Of a stretch of 32,000 bases of DNA, positions 20,284 through 29,919 are shown piece by piece (position 1 is the stretch's first letter; each line of letters starts with the position of its first letter). Under the pieces are notes generated by a model, which saw only the letters and a program-made list of their open reading frames with translations, had not been told where the DNA came from and searched no databases. This DNA is from Candidatus Hadarchaeota archaeon (GTDB taxonomy: Archaea; Hadarchaeota; Hadarchaeia; Hadarchaeales; Hadarchaeaceae). The stretch lies in assembly GCA_964514965.1 (NCBI GenBank), contig CAZETV010000001.1, positions 753,063-785,062 on the forward strand, read 5' to 3'. The position numbers and the translations under genes are program-made.

Positions 20284-21003
20284 CTAAACCGTTTTAATCC
20301 ACTTTTTCCCATTCTTGACATAAACATTTTTGTCAAAGTCGATGGCGAACATTCCCTTTGATAACATTTCAAGAGTTTTCCTGTAAGCAGGGCCGTCACA
20401 TTTTTCTTTCATAAGCTTTTGCTGTTCCTCTGGACTTCTATTTTCTACCGGTAATCCCTCGGATACGAAGAGGATGGGCCCGTGGTCTGGTTTTTCGTCC
20501 ATTATATGGATGGTGGACCTCGTGATTTTATCACCGGATTTTATTTGCTCTTCGACCGCGTTACTTCCGGTATATTTTCTCTTCCCCCCTTCTTTTATCC
20601 TTAAATCTGCAGGATGTACGTTTAGAACCTTAGCTGGAAATCCGTTCAACAACTTTGTCAAAATATACATGTAACCAGAGCATGCGATTATATCTGGCTC
20701 CCACTTTTTTATAATTGACAAAAGTTTTTCATCGTAGGCCTCCCTAATCTTCATGTCCTTAATTGGTTTGCCCCCATAGAAATCGTAGATATCCACCACT
20801 TCTACAGGTATACCTAACTCCTCAACCATTTTTATTCCAGAAGCATTTTTATTTGAAGAAATAGCTCCGACGACTTCGTATCCTTCGCCCCCGACCATGA
20901 AAGGAACAGCACTGGCACCTCCAGAAAAAAGCACGACAATCCGCATTTTTCTATCTTTTTTTGGTTCGTATATCAGCTTCAACTTTTGATTCATATCTAC
21001 CAA
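20284..21003 (-). CDS. purN: Phosphoribosylglycinamide formyltransferase-like protein
   Basis: MRIVVLFSGGASAVPFM, PDIIACSGYMYILTKLLNGFPAKVLNVHPADL, STIHIMDEKPDHGPILFVSEGLPV. True start may be TTG 21003, ATG 20994 or ATG 20946. Confidence 0.83.
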   Translation of the reverse strand: MVDMNQKLKLIYEPKKDRKMRIVVLFSGGASAVPFMVGGEGYEVVGAISSNKNASGIKMVEELGIPVEVVDIYDFYGGKPIKDMKIREAYDEKLLSIIKKWEPDIIACSGYMYILTKLLNGFPAKVLNVHPADLRIKEGGKRKYTGSNAVEEQIKSGDKITRSTIHIMDEKPDHGPILFVSEGLPVENRSPEEQQKLMKEKCDGPAYRKTLEMLSKGMFAIDFDKNVYVKNGKKWIKTV

Positions 21004-21193
21004 TGAAATTTTTTACTGTTCTTTTTAATCTATCTATACTCCCCCCCGCAAGTAGCTTTTTCTCTCGTTACCTAATCCTTGTTGAAAGCGATTAGAAGGA
21101 GTGGAGCGAGTAGAACCCTGTTATTTTTACTAATCTGCTGGAGCACTGAATTAACAAATAACTTTATTAAGTATATCCCACTTAAGGCTGAAG

Positions 21194-22810
21194 GTGGTTT
21201 GTTTGACGGAAAGAGTCTCTAAAGATTCTTCCTACCTGAATGCTTCTTCTTCAACTAATACGAGAACTCGCGTGAGAGATGTAAGCCCGACGAGCGGGAT
21301 GTGTCCAATCTGTATCAAGGAGTGCCCCTTTCTCTGTGAAATTAGCCTTTCCGCTTTTCGCGGACGTGAAGTTCTTTATCCAGTACCCAAGCAATTTGGG
21401 CTCAGCACTGCGGCATCTTTAAAGAACTACGGCCTAGATTGGTCCCATATAAACATTCTTTCGGGGCTTAGGGGAGCCAGCGGTATTGAAGAAGATTCTG
21501 ATATGGCAACTTTTCCCAACGTGAATATCAAGTCCGACCTAGGTGGGATTCCTCTCAAACTTCCACTTGTAAACGGCGCATTTGGCTCCACAAATGTCGC
21601 GGGTGAAAATTGGGATGGTCTCGCGATTGGGGCAGCTCTAGCTGGTGTAATCCTGGTTGTTGGAGAGAATGTCTGTGGAATGGATCCAAACGCTAAGTTC
21701 GCCAATGAAAAATTAACTCATTCAAAAGATATGGAGTATAGGGTTAAGAAGTTTAGAGAGTTTTGGGATGGGAAACATGGTGATATTGCCGTCCAAACCA
21801 ACGTGGAAGACCAAAGGCTTGGCGTAGACGTTTATGCTATTTCCAAGCTTGGAGTCAATGTGATTGAGCGAAAGTGGGGCCAAGGAGCGAAAGTAATAGG
21901 TGGAGAGGTAAGGCTTCCTAATCTAGAACGGGCACTCACACTGAAAAAACGGGGCTACATAGTCCTCCCGAACCCGGATGACCCAACCGTTCAAGAGGCC
22001 TTTAAAGCAGGGGTATTCAAGAGCTTTGAACGACACAGCCGGGTGGGGATGCCGGCTGAAAGAGAATTTGTTGAAGATGTAGAATGGTTGAGGGAACAGG
22101 GCGCAAAAAAAGTAACTTTAAAAACGGGGGCTTACCGCCCCTCCGATGTGGCGTGGACAATGAAAGTAGCTTCCGAAGCCAAAGTTGATTATGTCACTTT
22201 CGACGGCGCTGGTGGTGGCACAGCTATGAGTCCAGTGCCAATGATGAACGAGATGAGTACTCCAACAGTTTATCTTGAAGCGCAGATACTCAAGTGTGTC
22301 CAAATTTTGAAGCAGAAGGGTCGATATGTTCCAGATATCAGCATGGCAGGTGGTTTCATCAACGAGACTCAGATTTTCAAGAGTATCGCGATGAGTAACT
22401 TTGGAGACGGGCCGATAATCAAGGCGATAACTATAGCTAGGGCACCTCTTACCGCAGTTATGAAGGCTACTTACTTCATGGAATTGGCTGAACAGAAAAA
22501 GTTGCCTCGCGATTTCGCTGAGCAATACGGTACAGATCCCGCGAAATTCTTCATCACAGCACCAGAGTTGAATAAGAAATATGGTAGTAAGTCCAAGAAT
22601 ATCCCGTTACCAGCTATAGGACTCTACACATATCTCATTGACCGAATTGGAGTTGGACTCCAACAGTTGATGGCGGGAGCACGAAAGTGGAAAATAGAGT
22701 TGTTAGACAGAAGCGACCTAATATCACTAACAGAAAGAGCATCAAAAGTTACTGGAATTCCGATGCCTGACGATTTCGAGGCCGATGTGATCGAACAAAT
22801 CTTGGAGTGA
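21194..22810 (+). CDS. Stand-alone FMN-binding glutamate synthase-domain protein with an N-terminal Cys-rich segment
   Basis: DLGGIPLKLPLVNGAFGSTNVAGENWDGLAIGAALAGVILVVGENVCGMD, NVIERKWGQGAKVIGGE, YVTFDGAGGGTAMSPVPMMNEMSTPT, DISMAGGFINETQIFKSIAMSN; N-terminus MCPICIKECPFLCE. No class II amidotransferase domain. Confidence 0.83.
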   Translation: MVCLTERVSKDSSYLNASSSTNTRTRVRDVSPTSGMCPICIKECPFLCEISLSAFRGREVLYPVPKQFGLSTAASLKNYGLDWSHINILSGLRGASGIEEDSDMATFPNVNIKSDLGGIPLKLPLVNGAFGSTNVAGENWDGLAIGAALAGVILVVGENVCGMDPNAKFANEKLTHSKDMEYRVKKFREFWDGKHGDIAVQTNVEDQRLGVDVYAISKLGVNVIERKWGQGAKVIGGEVRLPNLERALTLKKRGYIVLPNPDDPTVQEAFKAGVFKSFERHSRVGMPAEREFVEDVEWLREQGAKKVTLKTGAYRPSDVAWTMKVASEAKVDYVTFDGAGGGTAMSPVPMMNEMSTPTVYLEAQILKCVQILKQKGRYVPDISMAGGFINETQIFKSIAMSNFGDGPIIKAITIARAPLTAVMKATYFMELAEQKKLPRDFAEQYGTDPAKFFITAPELNKKYGSKSKNIPLPAIGLYTYLIDRIGVGLQQLMAGARKWKIELLDRSDLISLTERASKVTGIPMPDDFEADVIEQILE

Positions 22811-22836
22811 CTGCTAAAAAGAGTGAAGGTAACCGG

Positions 22837-23775
22837 ATGTTCGAACCTCAGAAATTTCTTGAGGAAAAAGTTGAGTGGCTTAAGATTAACATAGGGAATA
22901 AAAAGGCGGTTGTGGCAATTTCGGGCGGTGTGGATAGCTCCGTAACGACGATGCTGGGACACCACGCGGTCGGTGATAGGTTAACAGCTGTCTTCCTTGA
23001 CGATGGATTGATGAGGAAGGGAGAGCCAGAGCAAGTGGTTGATTGTTTCAAGCAATTGGGAGTAAATATCAAACTTTACGACGTGAGCGGCGAGTTCTTT
23101 AAAGCACTTAAAGGCCTAACGGACCCGGAAGAAAAAAGGAAGGCGTTTAGAGAAACGTTCTATAGAGTTTTCGGCGGAATTGCGCGTGAGTTGGGAGTAG
23201 AGTACTTACTACAGGGCACTATAGCTGCAGATGTAGCGGAAACCAAAGCTGGCATTAAGACCCAACACAATGTTTTAGAGCAGATCGGGATTCATCCGCT
23301 CGAAAAGTATGGTTTTAAAGTTTTGGAACCTCTGAAGGACATCTACAAGCCAGAGGTTCGCGAAGTTGCTAAAATGCTGGGGCTGCCAGCTGAAATCCAA
23401 GAACGAAGGCCTTTCCCAGGCCCTGGCCTCTCGATTAGGATCCTAGGTGAAGTAACTCCCGAAAAAGCAGATTTGGTGAGGAAAGCCACGGAGATTGTAG
23501 AAGAAGAGACCAAAGACACTCCGTGTTTCCAAGCATTTGCGATAGCAATGGGCGACAAAGCGACCGGAGTTACTACGGATAGAGAGAGAAAGTACGGAGA
23601 AATAATAGTGATTCGAGTAGTGCAATCAAAGGATGCCGTGACCGCAAAATCTGTTGAGCTACCATGGCAGGTGTTGAAGCGAATCGAGGGGAGAATAAGA
23701 GAAAAAATCCCGACAGTCACCCGCGTTCTTTACGATTTAACTGACAAGCCTCCGGCGACAATAGAGTACGAATAA
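22837..23775 (+). CDS. guaAB: GMP synthase, ATP pyrophosphatase subunit (separate from the glutaminase subunit)
   Basis: VVAISGGVDSSVTTMLGHHAVGDRLTAVFLDDGLMRKGE, LLQGTIAADV, KTQHNV, RRPFPGPGLSIRILGEV, YDLTDKPPATIEYE. Start could be GTG 22807 or ATG 22837. Confidence 0.93.
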   Translation: MFEPQKFLEEKVEWLKINIGNKKAVVAISGGVDSSVTTMLGHHAVGDRLTAVFLDDGLMRKGEPEQVVDCFKQLGVNIKLYDVSGEFFKALKGLTDPEEKRKAFRETFYRVFGGIARELGVEYLLQGTIAADVAETKAGIKTQHNVLEQIGIHPLEKYGFKVLEPLKDIYKPEVREVAKMLGLPAEIQERRPFPGPGLSIRILGEVTPEKADLVRKATEIVEEETKDTPCFQAFAIAMGDKATGVTTDRERKYGEIIVIRVVQSKDAVTAKSVELPWQVLKRIEGRIREKIPTVTRVLYDLTDKPPATIEYE

Positions 23776-23938
23776 CGTGATTTATCCAATCCAAATTCTT
23801 GATATCAATCATTAGAATTCAGAAGAAGGGAGTAAAGGGTCTCATCGATGTAGGGGGCAAACCAAGTGGAGGAATACATCCCAGAATTACCGATAACGAA
23901 AACCTTTATTTCTCCTTGATTATCTGGACTTTGGGTAC

Positions 23939-25477
23939 ATGATGAAAATTGTAAGAGCACTGATTAGCGTCTCAGACAGAACCGGCATCGTAGAGTTTGC
24001 AAAAGGGCTTCAAGAACTTGGTATAGAAATCATCTCAACCGGTGGGACAGCAAAAGTTTTGAAAAAAAGCGGGGCAAAAGTAAAAGAAATTTCGGATTTT
24101 ACTGGCTTTCCGGAGATACTTGAGGGCAGGGTTAAGACTCTTCACCCAAAAGTTCATGGAGGAATCCTCGCAATCAGGGAGAAAGAAGAGCACATACGAG
24201 AATTGAGAAAGCATGACATCAAACCTATAGATCTAGTAATTGTAAATCTTTACCCATTTGAGAAAACGATTCTAAGCGGCGGCACAATTGAAGAGGCGAT
24301 TGAAAATATAGACATCGGCGGACCAACTATGCTTCGTTCCGCAGCGAAAAATTACAGAAATGTTGTGGTGATTGTTAATCCTAATGAATATGATGAGGTT
24401 TTAAAGGGGTTGAGAGAAAAAGGCGAAATAAGCGAAAAAACCAGAGAAAGGCTAGCTGTGGAAACATTTACTCACACCGCAAGATATGATACAATAATTT
24501 CAAATTACCTACGGAGAATGTTTCACGGAGAAGAGTTCCCGGAAACACTTTCTTTAACTTATAAGAAAATTCAAAATTTACGCTACGGTGCAAACCCGCA
24601 CCAAAAAGCCGCATTTTATAGAGAGGATATCAAAGAACCCAGCATCGTGAACGCAAGAAAGTTATGGGGAAAGGAACTGTCATATAACAATATCCTTGAC
24701 TTAGGAGCCTCTCTTGAACCCGTGAAGGAATTTGAAAATCCAACCTGTGTTATCATGAAGCACACCAGCCCAATTGGTGTGGCAACAACCGAGAAGATTT
24801 TCGACGCATACAAACTAGCATATCAAACGGACCCGATATCGGCGTACGGTGGGATAGTCGCCCTAAATAGAGAAGTTGATGCGGAAACGGCAAGGGAGAT
24901 ATCAAAAGTATTTTTAGAGGCCATCATCACCCCAAAATTTAGTCGAGAAGCTTTGGATATCCTGAAAAAGAAAAAGAATATACGTCTGCTAGAGATTGAA
25001 CTAAAACCAAGTAGTAGAGAGGGAAAAGAAATAAGATCTATTGTGGGCGGATTGCTCGTCCAAGATAGAGATGTAAAAAAGTTAGACGTGCACAATCTCA
25101 AAATCGTGACCAAGAGAGCTCCAACCAGTGAGGAGATGAAATCCCTGCTGTTTGCATTTAAAGTTGCCCGGTATTGCAAATCAAACGCACTAGTTTTTAC
25201 TAAGGAAGAAAGAACGGTCACAATTGGTTCTGGACAACCCAGTCGAGTAGATGCTGCGCGCATTGCATTGACCAAAGGCGGTGCAAATTTGAAAGGCGCT
25301 GCTATGGCAAGTGATGGATTTTTGCCATTTAGGGATGTTGTCGATGTCGTTGCAGGTGCTGGCGTAACCGCTATCATCCAGCCGGGAGGGTCGATTAGAG
25401 ACCAAGAAGTTATCGATGCTGCGAACGAATATGGTATGTCGATGGTATTCAGCAACATAAGAGTATTCAAACACTGA
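23939..25477 (+). CDS. purH: Bifunctional AICAR transformylase / IMP cyclohydrolase
   Basis: RALISVSDRTGIVEFAKGL, STGGTAKVL, EILEGRVKTLHPKVHGGIL, LRYGANPHQKAAFY, IMKHTSPIGVA, TIGSGQPSRVDAARIA, SDGFLPFRDVVDVVAGAGVTAIIQPGGSIRDQEVI. Confidence 0.96.
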   Translation: MMKIVRALISVSDRTGIVEFAKGLQELGIEIISTGGTAKVLKKSGAKVKEISDFTGFPEILEGRVKTLHPKVHGGILAIREKEEHIRELRKHDIKPIDLVIVNLYPFEKTILSGGTIEEAIENIDIGGPTMLRSAAKNYRNVVVIVNPNEYDEVLKGLREKGEISEKTRERLAVETFTHTARYDTIISNYLRRMFHGEEFPETLSLTYKKIQNLRYGANPHQKAAFYREDIKEPSIVNARKLWGKELSYNNILDLGASLEPVKEFENPTCVIMKHTSPIGVATTEKIFDAYKLAYQTDPISAYGGIVALNREVDAETAREISKVFLEAIITPKFSREALDILKKKKNIRLLEIELKPSSREGKEIRSIVGGLLVQDRDVKKLDVHNLKIVTKRAPTSEEMKSLLFAFKVARYCKSNALVFTKEERTVTIGSGQPSRVDAARIALTKGGANLKGAAMASDGFLPFRDVVDVVAGAGVTAIIQPGGSIRDQEVIDAANEYGMSMVFSNIRVFKH

Positions 25478-25516
25478 AGCGCTAGATAAATCAAAAAATC
25501 TATGGTTTTTGAGACA

Positions 25517-28500
25517 TCAAACCGTTTGAATCTTCTTTACCTCAGTATGATATTCATTGAGCGACCTAATCTCAATTTTTTCATTCAATATTTTCTCTAT
25601 TGCCTGAACAGCCACACTCGCGCTCGTTAGAGTTGTAATATACGGAATCCCGATATCTACCGCTGCCCGCCGAATCTGGTATCCATCGCGCACCGGATCT
25701 CGTCCGACGGTGGGAGTGTTGATAATTAAATCGACATCGCCAGCGCGGATGTAATCGATGATGTTTGGACGCCCCTGGGAAACTTTCAATACTAGTTTTG
25801 ACTCGACGCCAGCTTTCTGGAGCATATCACCCGTGCCATCAGTGGCCAAAATCTCGAATCCAATTTTCTTAAGCTTTCTCGCAATCGGGACGAACTCCTG
25901 TTGGTCCCCCTTTCGTACACTCATGAATATCCTCCCCGAAGTTGGGAGCTTGTTACCGGCCGCCAGCTGGGCTTTGAAAAATGCCCTGCCCGGGTCACGG
26001 TCTATGCCCATTACTTCACCGGTCGACTTCATCTCAGGACCCAGAACCGGATCGACTCCGGGAAGTTTAATGAAAGGAAAGACTGATTCCTTCACACAAA
26101 CATACGGTATTTCTACATCTTTCGGAATTCCAATCTCGTCGAGTGAATGTCCAAGCATAACCTTGGTGGCGACTTTAGCTAATGGAATTCCGATAGCCTT
26201 CGATATGAAAGGTACTGTACGACTCGCCCGCGGATTTACCTCAAGCACGTAAACTACATCATTCTTGACCGCATACTGGATGTTCATCAGGCCAATAACT
26301 TTTAATTCTCTTGCAAGCCTAATAGTGCACTCCCTGATTGTCTTGATGGCTTTCTCGCTCAGAATTTGAGAAGGCATAACCATGGCAGCATCTCCCGAAT
26401 GAACACCAGCTTCTTCGATGTGTTCTAAAATCCCCCCGATGAAAGTTCGTTTTCCATCCGAAACCGCATCGACATCGACTTCAATTGCCTGAGAGAGGAA
26501 CTTGTCGATGAGGATTGGGTGTTCCTCTGATACCTTCGCGGCTTCTTCCATGTAGCGTGCGAGTTCGATTTCATCATGCACCCGCACCATGGCACGTCCA
26601 CCAAGAACATAACTTGGCCTCACTAAGACGGGATATCCAATCTTTTTCGCTATCTTTTTTGCCTCCTCAGCCGAGAAAGCTGTACTTCCTTCGGGCTGAT
26701 GAATTTCCAATTTCCTAAGAAGTTTGTTAAAGCGCTTTCTATCTTCAGCAATATCAATACTTTCAGCTGAGGTTCCGAGAACATTAACGCCAGCCTTATC
26801 CAGTGAAACTGCAAGATTTATTGGAGTTTGACCACCAAACTGTAAAATCACTCCATATGGTTTTTCTTTCTCTATGACGTGCATTACATCTTCAAATGTA
26901 AGCGGCTCGAAGTAAAGCTTGTCAGATGTGTCTGAATCGGTGGAGACGGTTTCCGGGTTATTGTTAATGATTATAGCTTCGATTCCCTCCTCCCGCAAAG
27001 CCAGTACTGAGTGGACACAACAATAATCAAATTCTATCCCTTGGCCGATTCGGATAGGCCCTCCACCTATAATAATTATCTTCTTCCGCTTGCTAGTCGG
27101 AACCTCATCAACAGGTTCATAGCTCGAGTAATAATAGGGGGCCTTGGCGGCAAATTCAGCGGCACAAGTATCCACTGTCTTAAAAGTAGTTTTGACGCCC
27201 ATTTGCTTGCGAAGTTGCTTAATATTCCTCTCTTTGGTTTTGAACAAGTAGGCGAGTTGTCGGTCCGAAAAACCAAATCTCTTTGCTTCCCCCAAAGCTT
27301 TATTTTTTTCAGATTTTTTCAGAGATATGCGCTTGAGTTTTTCTTCCATGTCGATAATTCGCTTAAACTTCCAAATGAACCAAGGATCAATCTTCGTTAG
27401 TTGATAGATTTCATCTACACCGATCCCAATCTTGAGCGCATCTCTAACCAAGAAAACTCTTTGGTCATTTGGGTGGGTTAGCTGCCACTTTAGAGGCTCG
27501 ATATCAATGATAGGTTTGTCCTTTCCGTCACCACCGAGGCCAAACCTCCCGATTTCGAGTGAACGTATCGCCTTTTGGAACGCTTCTTCGAATGTCCGTC
27601 CGATCGCCATCACTTCTCCCGTGGACTTCATTTGTGTACCTATCGTTTGGTCAGCTTCTGGGAATTTATCAAACGGCCAACGCGGGACTTTGATTACCAC
27701 GTAGTCAAGAGTTGGCTCAAATGAAGCGGGGGTATCCTTAGTAACAGGGTTGGAAATTTCATCTAGAGTCATCCCAAGCGCTAGTTTCGTCGCTATCCTG
27801 GCAATCGGGTAACCCGTGGCTTTAGATGCAAGCGCGGAGGAACGGCTGACTCTTGGATTGACTTCGATTATATAGTACTCAAATTTGTCTGGATTAACAG
27901 CAAACTGAATATTGCAGCCACCGTTTAGTTTAAGAGCCCGGATTACTTTCAGGGAAACGGACCTTAGGGTTTGGTGCTCCCGGTCGGAAAGCGTTTGAGC
28001 CGGAGCGACGACCATACTCTCGCCAGTGTGAATTCCCATAGGGTCGATGTTTTCCATGTTACAGATGGTAATACAGTTGTCTACACTATCACGCATCACC
28101 TCGTACTCGATTTCCTTCCAACCGAGCACACATTTGTCGAGAGAAACGGTTCGATTTAAACTCACGTTTAGCCCAAATTTCACGATTCGTGTGAGTTCCT
28201 CTTCATCATGCGCAACGCCTGAACCCGTGCCACCCAGACAGTAGTTAGGTCTGCATAAGATTGGGTATCCATCAAGCTCTTTGACGGCCCCCAATGCCTC
28301 CTCAAGTGAGTGAACTTCAATGGATTTAGGCATTCGTTCGCCTATCTCGTGAATAAGTTCGAAAAAGAGCTTCCGATCCTCGGCAGCCTTAATGGAGTTT
28401 ACTGGTGTTCCTATCACCTCGACTCCCACCTCATCGAGCACCCCTAACTTTTGGAGTTCTACCGTGAGATTAAGGCCAGTTTGACCACCCATCGAAGGAA

Positions 28501-28759
28501 TCACAGCGTCTGGTTTCTCCTTGCGTATTATTTCAGCTACTATTTCAGGCACCAAAGGCTCGATGTATACGATGTCCGCGATATCCGTGTCTGTTTGGAA
28601 AGTGGCTGGATTAGAATTAACGAGGACAACTTCTATTCCTTCCTCGCGCAGTGCTTTACAGGCTTGCGAACCTGAATAGTCAAATTCGGCCGCTTGACCT
28701 ATCACTATGGGTCCACTGCCGATTACCATCACTTTCTTGATGTCCTTACGTTTGGGCAA
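25517..28759 (-). CDS. carB: Carbamoyl-phosphate synthase large subunit
   Basis: 1080 aa; IGSGPIVIGQAAEFDYSGSQACKALREEG, MGGQTGLNLTVEL, GIDYCCVH-like second-half repeat (GGPIRIGQGIEFDYCCVHSVLALREEG), FGGQTPINLA, EVNPRASRTVPFISKA. Confidence 0.97.
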   Translation of the reverse strand: MPKRKDIKKVMVIGSGPIVIGQAAEFDYSGSQACKALREEGIEVVLVNSNPATFQTDTDIADIVYIEPLVPEIVAEIIRKEKPDAVIPSMGGQTGLNLTVELQKLGVLDEVGVEVIGTPVNSIKAAEDRKLFFELIHEIGERMPKSIEVHSLEEALGAVKELDGYPILCRPNYCLGGTGSGVAHDEEELTRIVKFGLNVSLNRTVSLDKCVLGWKEIEYEVMRDSVDNCITICNMENIDPMGIHTGESMVVAPAQTLSDREHQTLRSVSLKVIRALKLNGGCNIQFAVNPDKFEYYIIEVNPRVSRSSALASKATGYPIARIATKLALGMTLDEISNPVTKDTPASFEPTLDYVVIKVPRWPFDKFPEADQTIGTQMKSTGEVMAIGRTFEEAFQKAIRSLEIGRFGLGGDGKDKPIIDIEPLKWQLTHPNDQRVFLVRDALKIGIGVDEIYQLTKIDPWFIWKFKRIIDMEEKLKRISLKKSEKNKALGEAKRFGFSDRQLAYLFKTKERNIKQLRKQMGVKTTFKTVDTCAAEFAAKAPYYYSSYEPVDEVPTSKRKKIIIIGGGPIRIGQGIEFDYCCVHSVLALREEGIEAIIINNNPETVSTDSDTSDKLYFEPLTFEDVMHVIEKEKPYGVILQFGGQTPINLAVSLDKAGVNVLGTSAESIDIAEDRKRFNKLLRKLEIHQPEGSTAFSAEEAKKIAKKIGYPVLVRPSYVLGGRAMVRVHDEIELARYMEEAAKVSEEHPILIDKFLSQAIEVDVDAVSDGKRTFIGGILEHIEEAGVHSGDAAMVMPSQILSEKAIKTIRECTIRLARELKVIGLMNIQYAVKNDVVYVLEVNPRASRTVPFISKAIGIPLAKVATKVMLGHSLDEIGIPKDVEIPYVCVKESVFPFIKLPGVDPVLGPEMKSTGEVMGIDRDPGRAFFKAQLAAGNKLPTSGRIFMSVRKGDQQEFVPIARKLKKIGFEILATDGTGDMLQKAGVESKLVLKVSQGRPNIIDYIRAGDVDLIINTPTVGRDPVRDGYQIRRAAVDIGIPYITTLTSASVAVQAIEKILNEKIEIRSLNEYHTEVKKIQTV

Positions 28760-28770
28760 CTTGAAGCCTC

Positions 28771-29853
28771 CTAACTATTCTCCTTTAGCATCCCCACAAA
28801 ATTATCGAAGAGATACTGGTTGTCCCATTCGGGGTAGTATTGAATCGAGATAATTGGAAGCTCAACATGGCTCATGCCTTCGACGGTTTTATCGTTACAA
28901 TTCACTTTAGTAATTTGAAAGCCAGTCCCCTCAAGAGAATCGGCATCCACGGCGAAACCGTGATTTTGAGAGGTTATATGCACCTTGCCGGTTCTCAAAT
29001 CCTTAACCGGCTGGTTCCCTCCCCTGTGCCCAAACTTCAACTTGAAAATCTTGGCGCCTGAGGCCAGAGCTAAGATTTGGTGACCAAGACTGATGCCCAT
29101 AATTGGATATTGAGAAAGCAACTTTCGAACTGTCCCTCGAACGTGACTTAATATGGCTGGGTCTCCTGGTCCGTTTGAGATGACGACTCCATCGGGCTCA
29201 AGAAATTTAATTTCCTCAGAAGTCGTGCTTGCGGGAACGCATGTTACCGAAACCCCGCGCTTGAGCAAGCTTCGAATGATACTGCGCTTGACGCCGCAGT
29301 CAATCAAGACCACTTTGAGTTTGTCACCACCGTCAAATTCTCCAACTTGCTTACAAGTGGTTTCGCTAACGAGATCTAGCTCAGAAAAGCCGAGCTGCTT
29401 CTTAACCTTTTCAAGCAACTCCGCAGCTGGGGGGTCCACACCGGTGTAGGTTACAATCATTCCCTTCTTCACTCCATACTCTCGAATCTTGATGGTGAGC
29501 GAGCGAGTATCCACGCCCATCATACCTGGTATGTTAAACTCTTTCAAAAATGCGTCAAGAGTTTTGGCACCTTTCCAGTGAGACGGGTTCTCGCAAACTT
29601 CTCTGACGATGAATCCTTCTGCCCAAATTCTATCGGATTCACACCAATCCGGATGTACCTTGTAATTTCCTACCAAGGGATATGTTAACATCAAAATTTG
29701 GCCTTTATAAGAGGGGTCTGTTAACGATTCAACGTAACCGCTCATCGAAGTGTTAAAAACTACTTCACCCGATGCTTCTTTTTCGGCACCAAATCCCGCA
29801 CCGTAAATTATTGTACCGTCTTCCAGAGCGAGCACTGCTTTTGTTCTTTTCAA
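28771..29853 (-). CDS. carA: Carbamoyl-phosphate synthase small subunit, glutaminase triad substituted
   Basis: ALEDGTIIYGAGFGAEKEASGEVVFNTSMSGYVESLTDPSYKGQILMLTYPLVGNY, VVISNGPGDP, GISLGHQILALASGAKIFKLKFGHRGGNQPVKDL, TSQNHGFAVD, ISIQYYPEWDNQYLFDNF; TTG start. Confidence 0.94.
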   Translation of the reverse strand: MKRTKAVLALEDGTIIYGAGFGAEKEASGEVVFNTSMSGYVESLTDPSYKGQILMLTYPLVGNYKVHPDWCESDRIWAEGFIVREVCENPSHWKGAKTLDAFLKEFNIPGMMGVDTRSLTIKIREYGVKKGMIVTYTGVDPPAAELLEKVKKQLGFSELDLVSETTCKQVGEFDGGDKLKVVLIDCGVKRSIIRSLLKRGVSVTCVPASTTSEEIKFLEPDGVVISNGPGDPAILSHVRGTVRKLLSQYPIMGISLGHQILALASGAKIFKLKFGHRGGNQPVKDLRTGKVHITSQNHGFAVDADSLEGTGFQITKVNCNDKTVEGMSHVELPIISIQYYPEWDNQYLFDNFVGMLKENS

Positions 29854-29919
29854 GAACCCACCTCAATTTCCTACCAACCCAGTATTTAAAGTTTTAACTG
29901 ATTGGTGTTACGCCAACTT

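Noticed and set aside
24736-24780. PurH active-site region MKHTSPIG (versus bacterial KHxNPCG) as a defect
   Set aside because: Eukaryotic ATIC has a similar KHVSPAG form, so this looks like normal family variation.
24823-25494. 223-aa minus-strand ORF opposite purH
   Set aside because: Antisense shadow of a clearly conserved PurH; composition typical of complement-strand artefacts.
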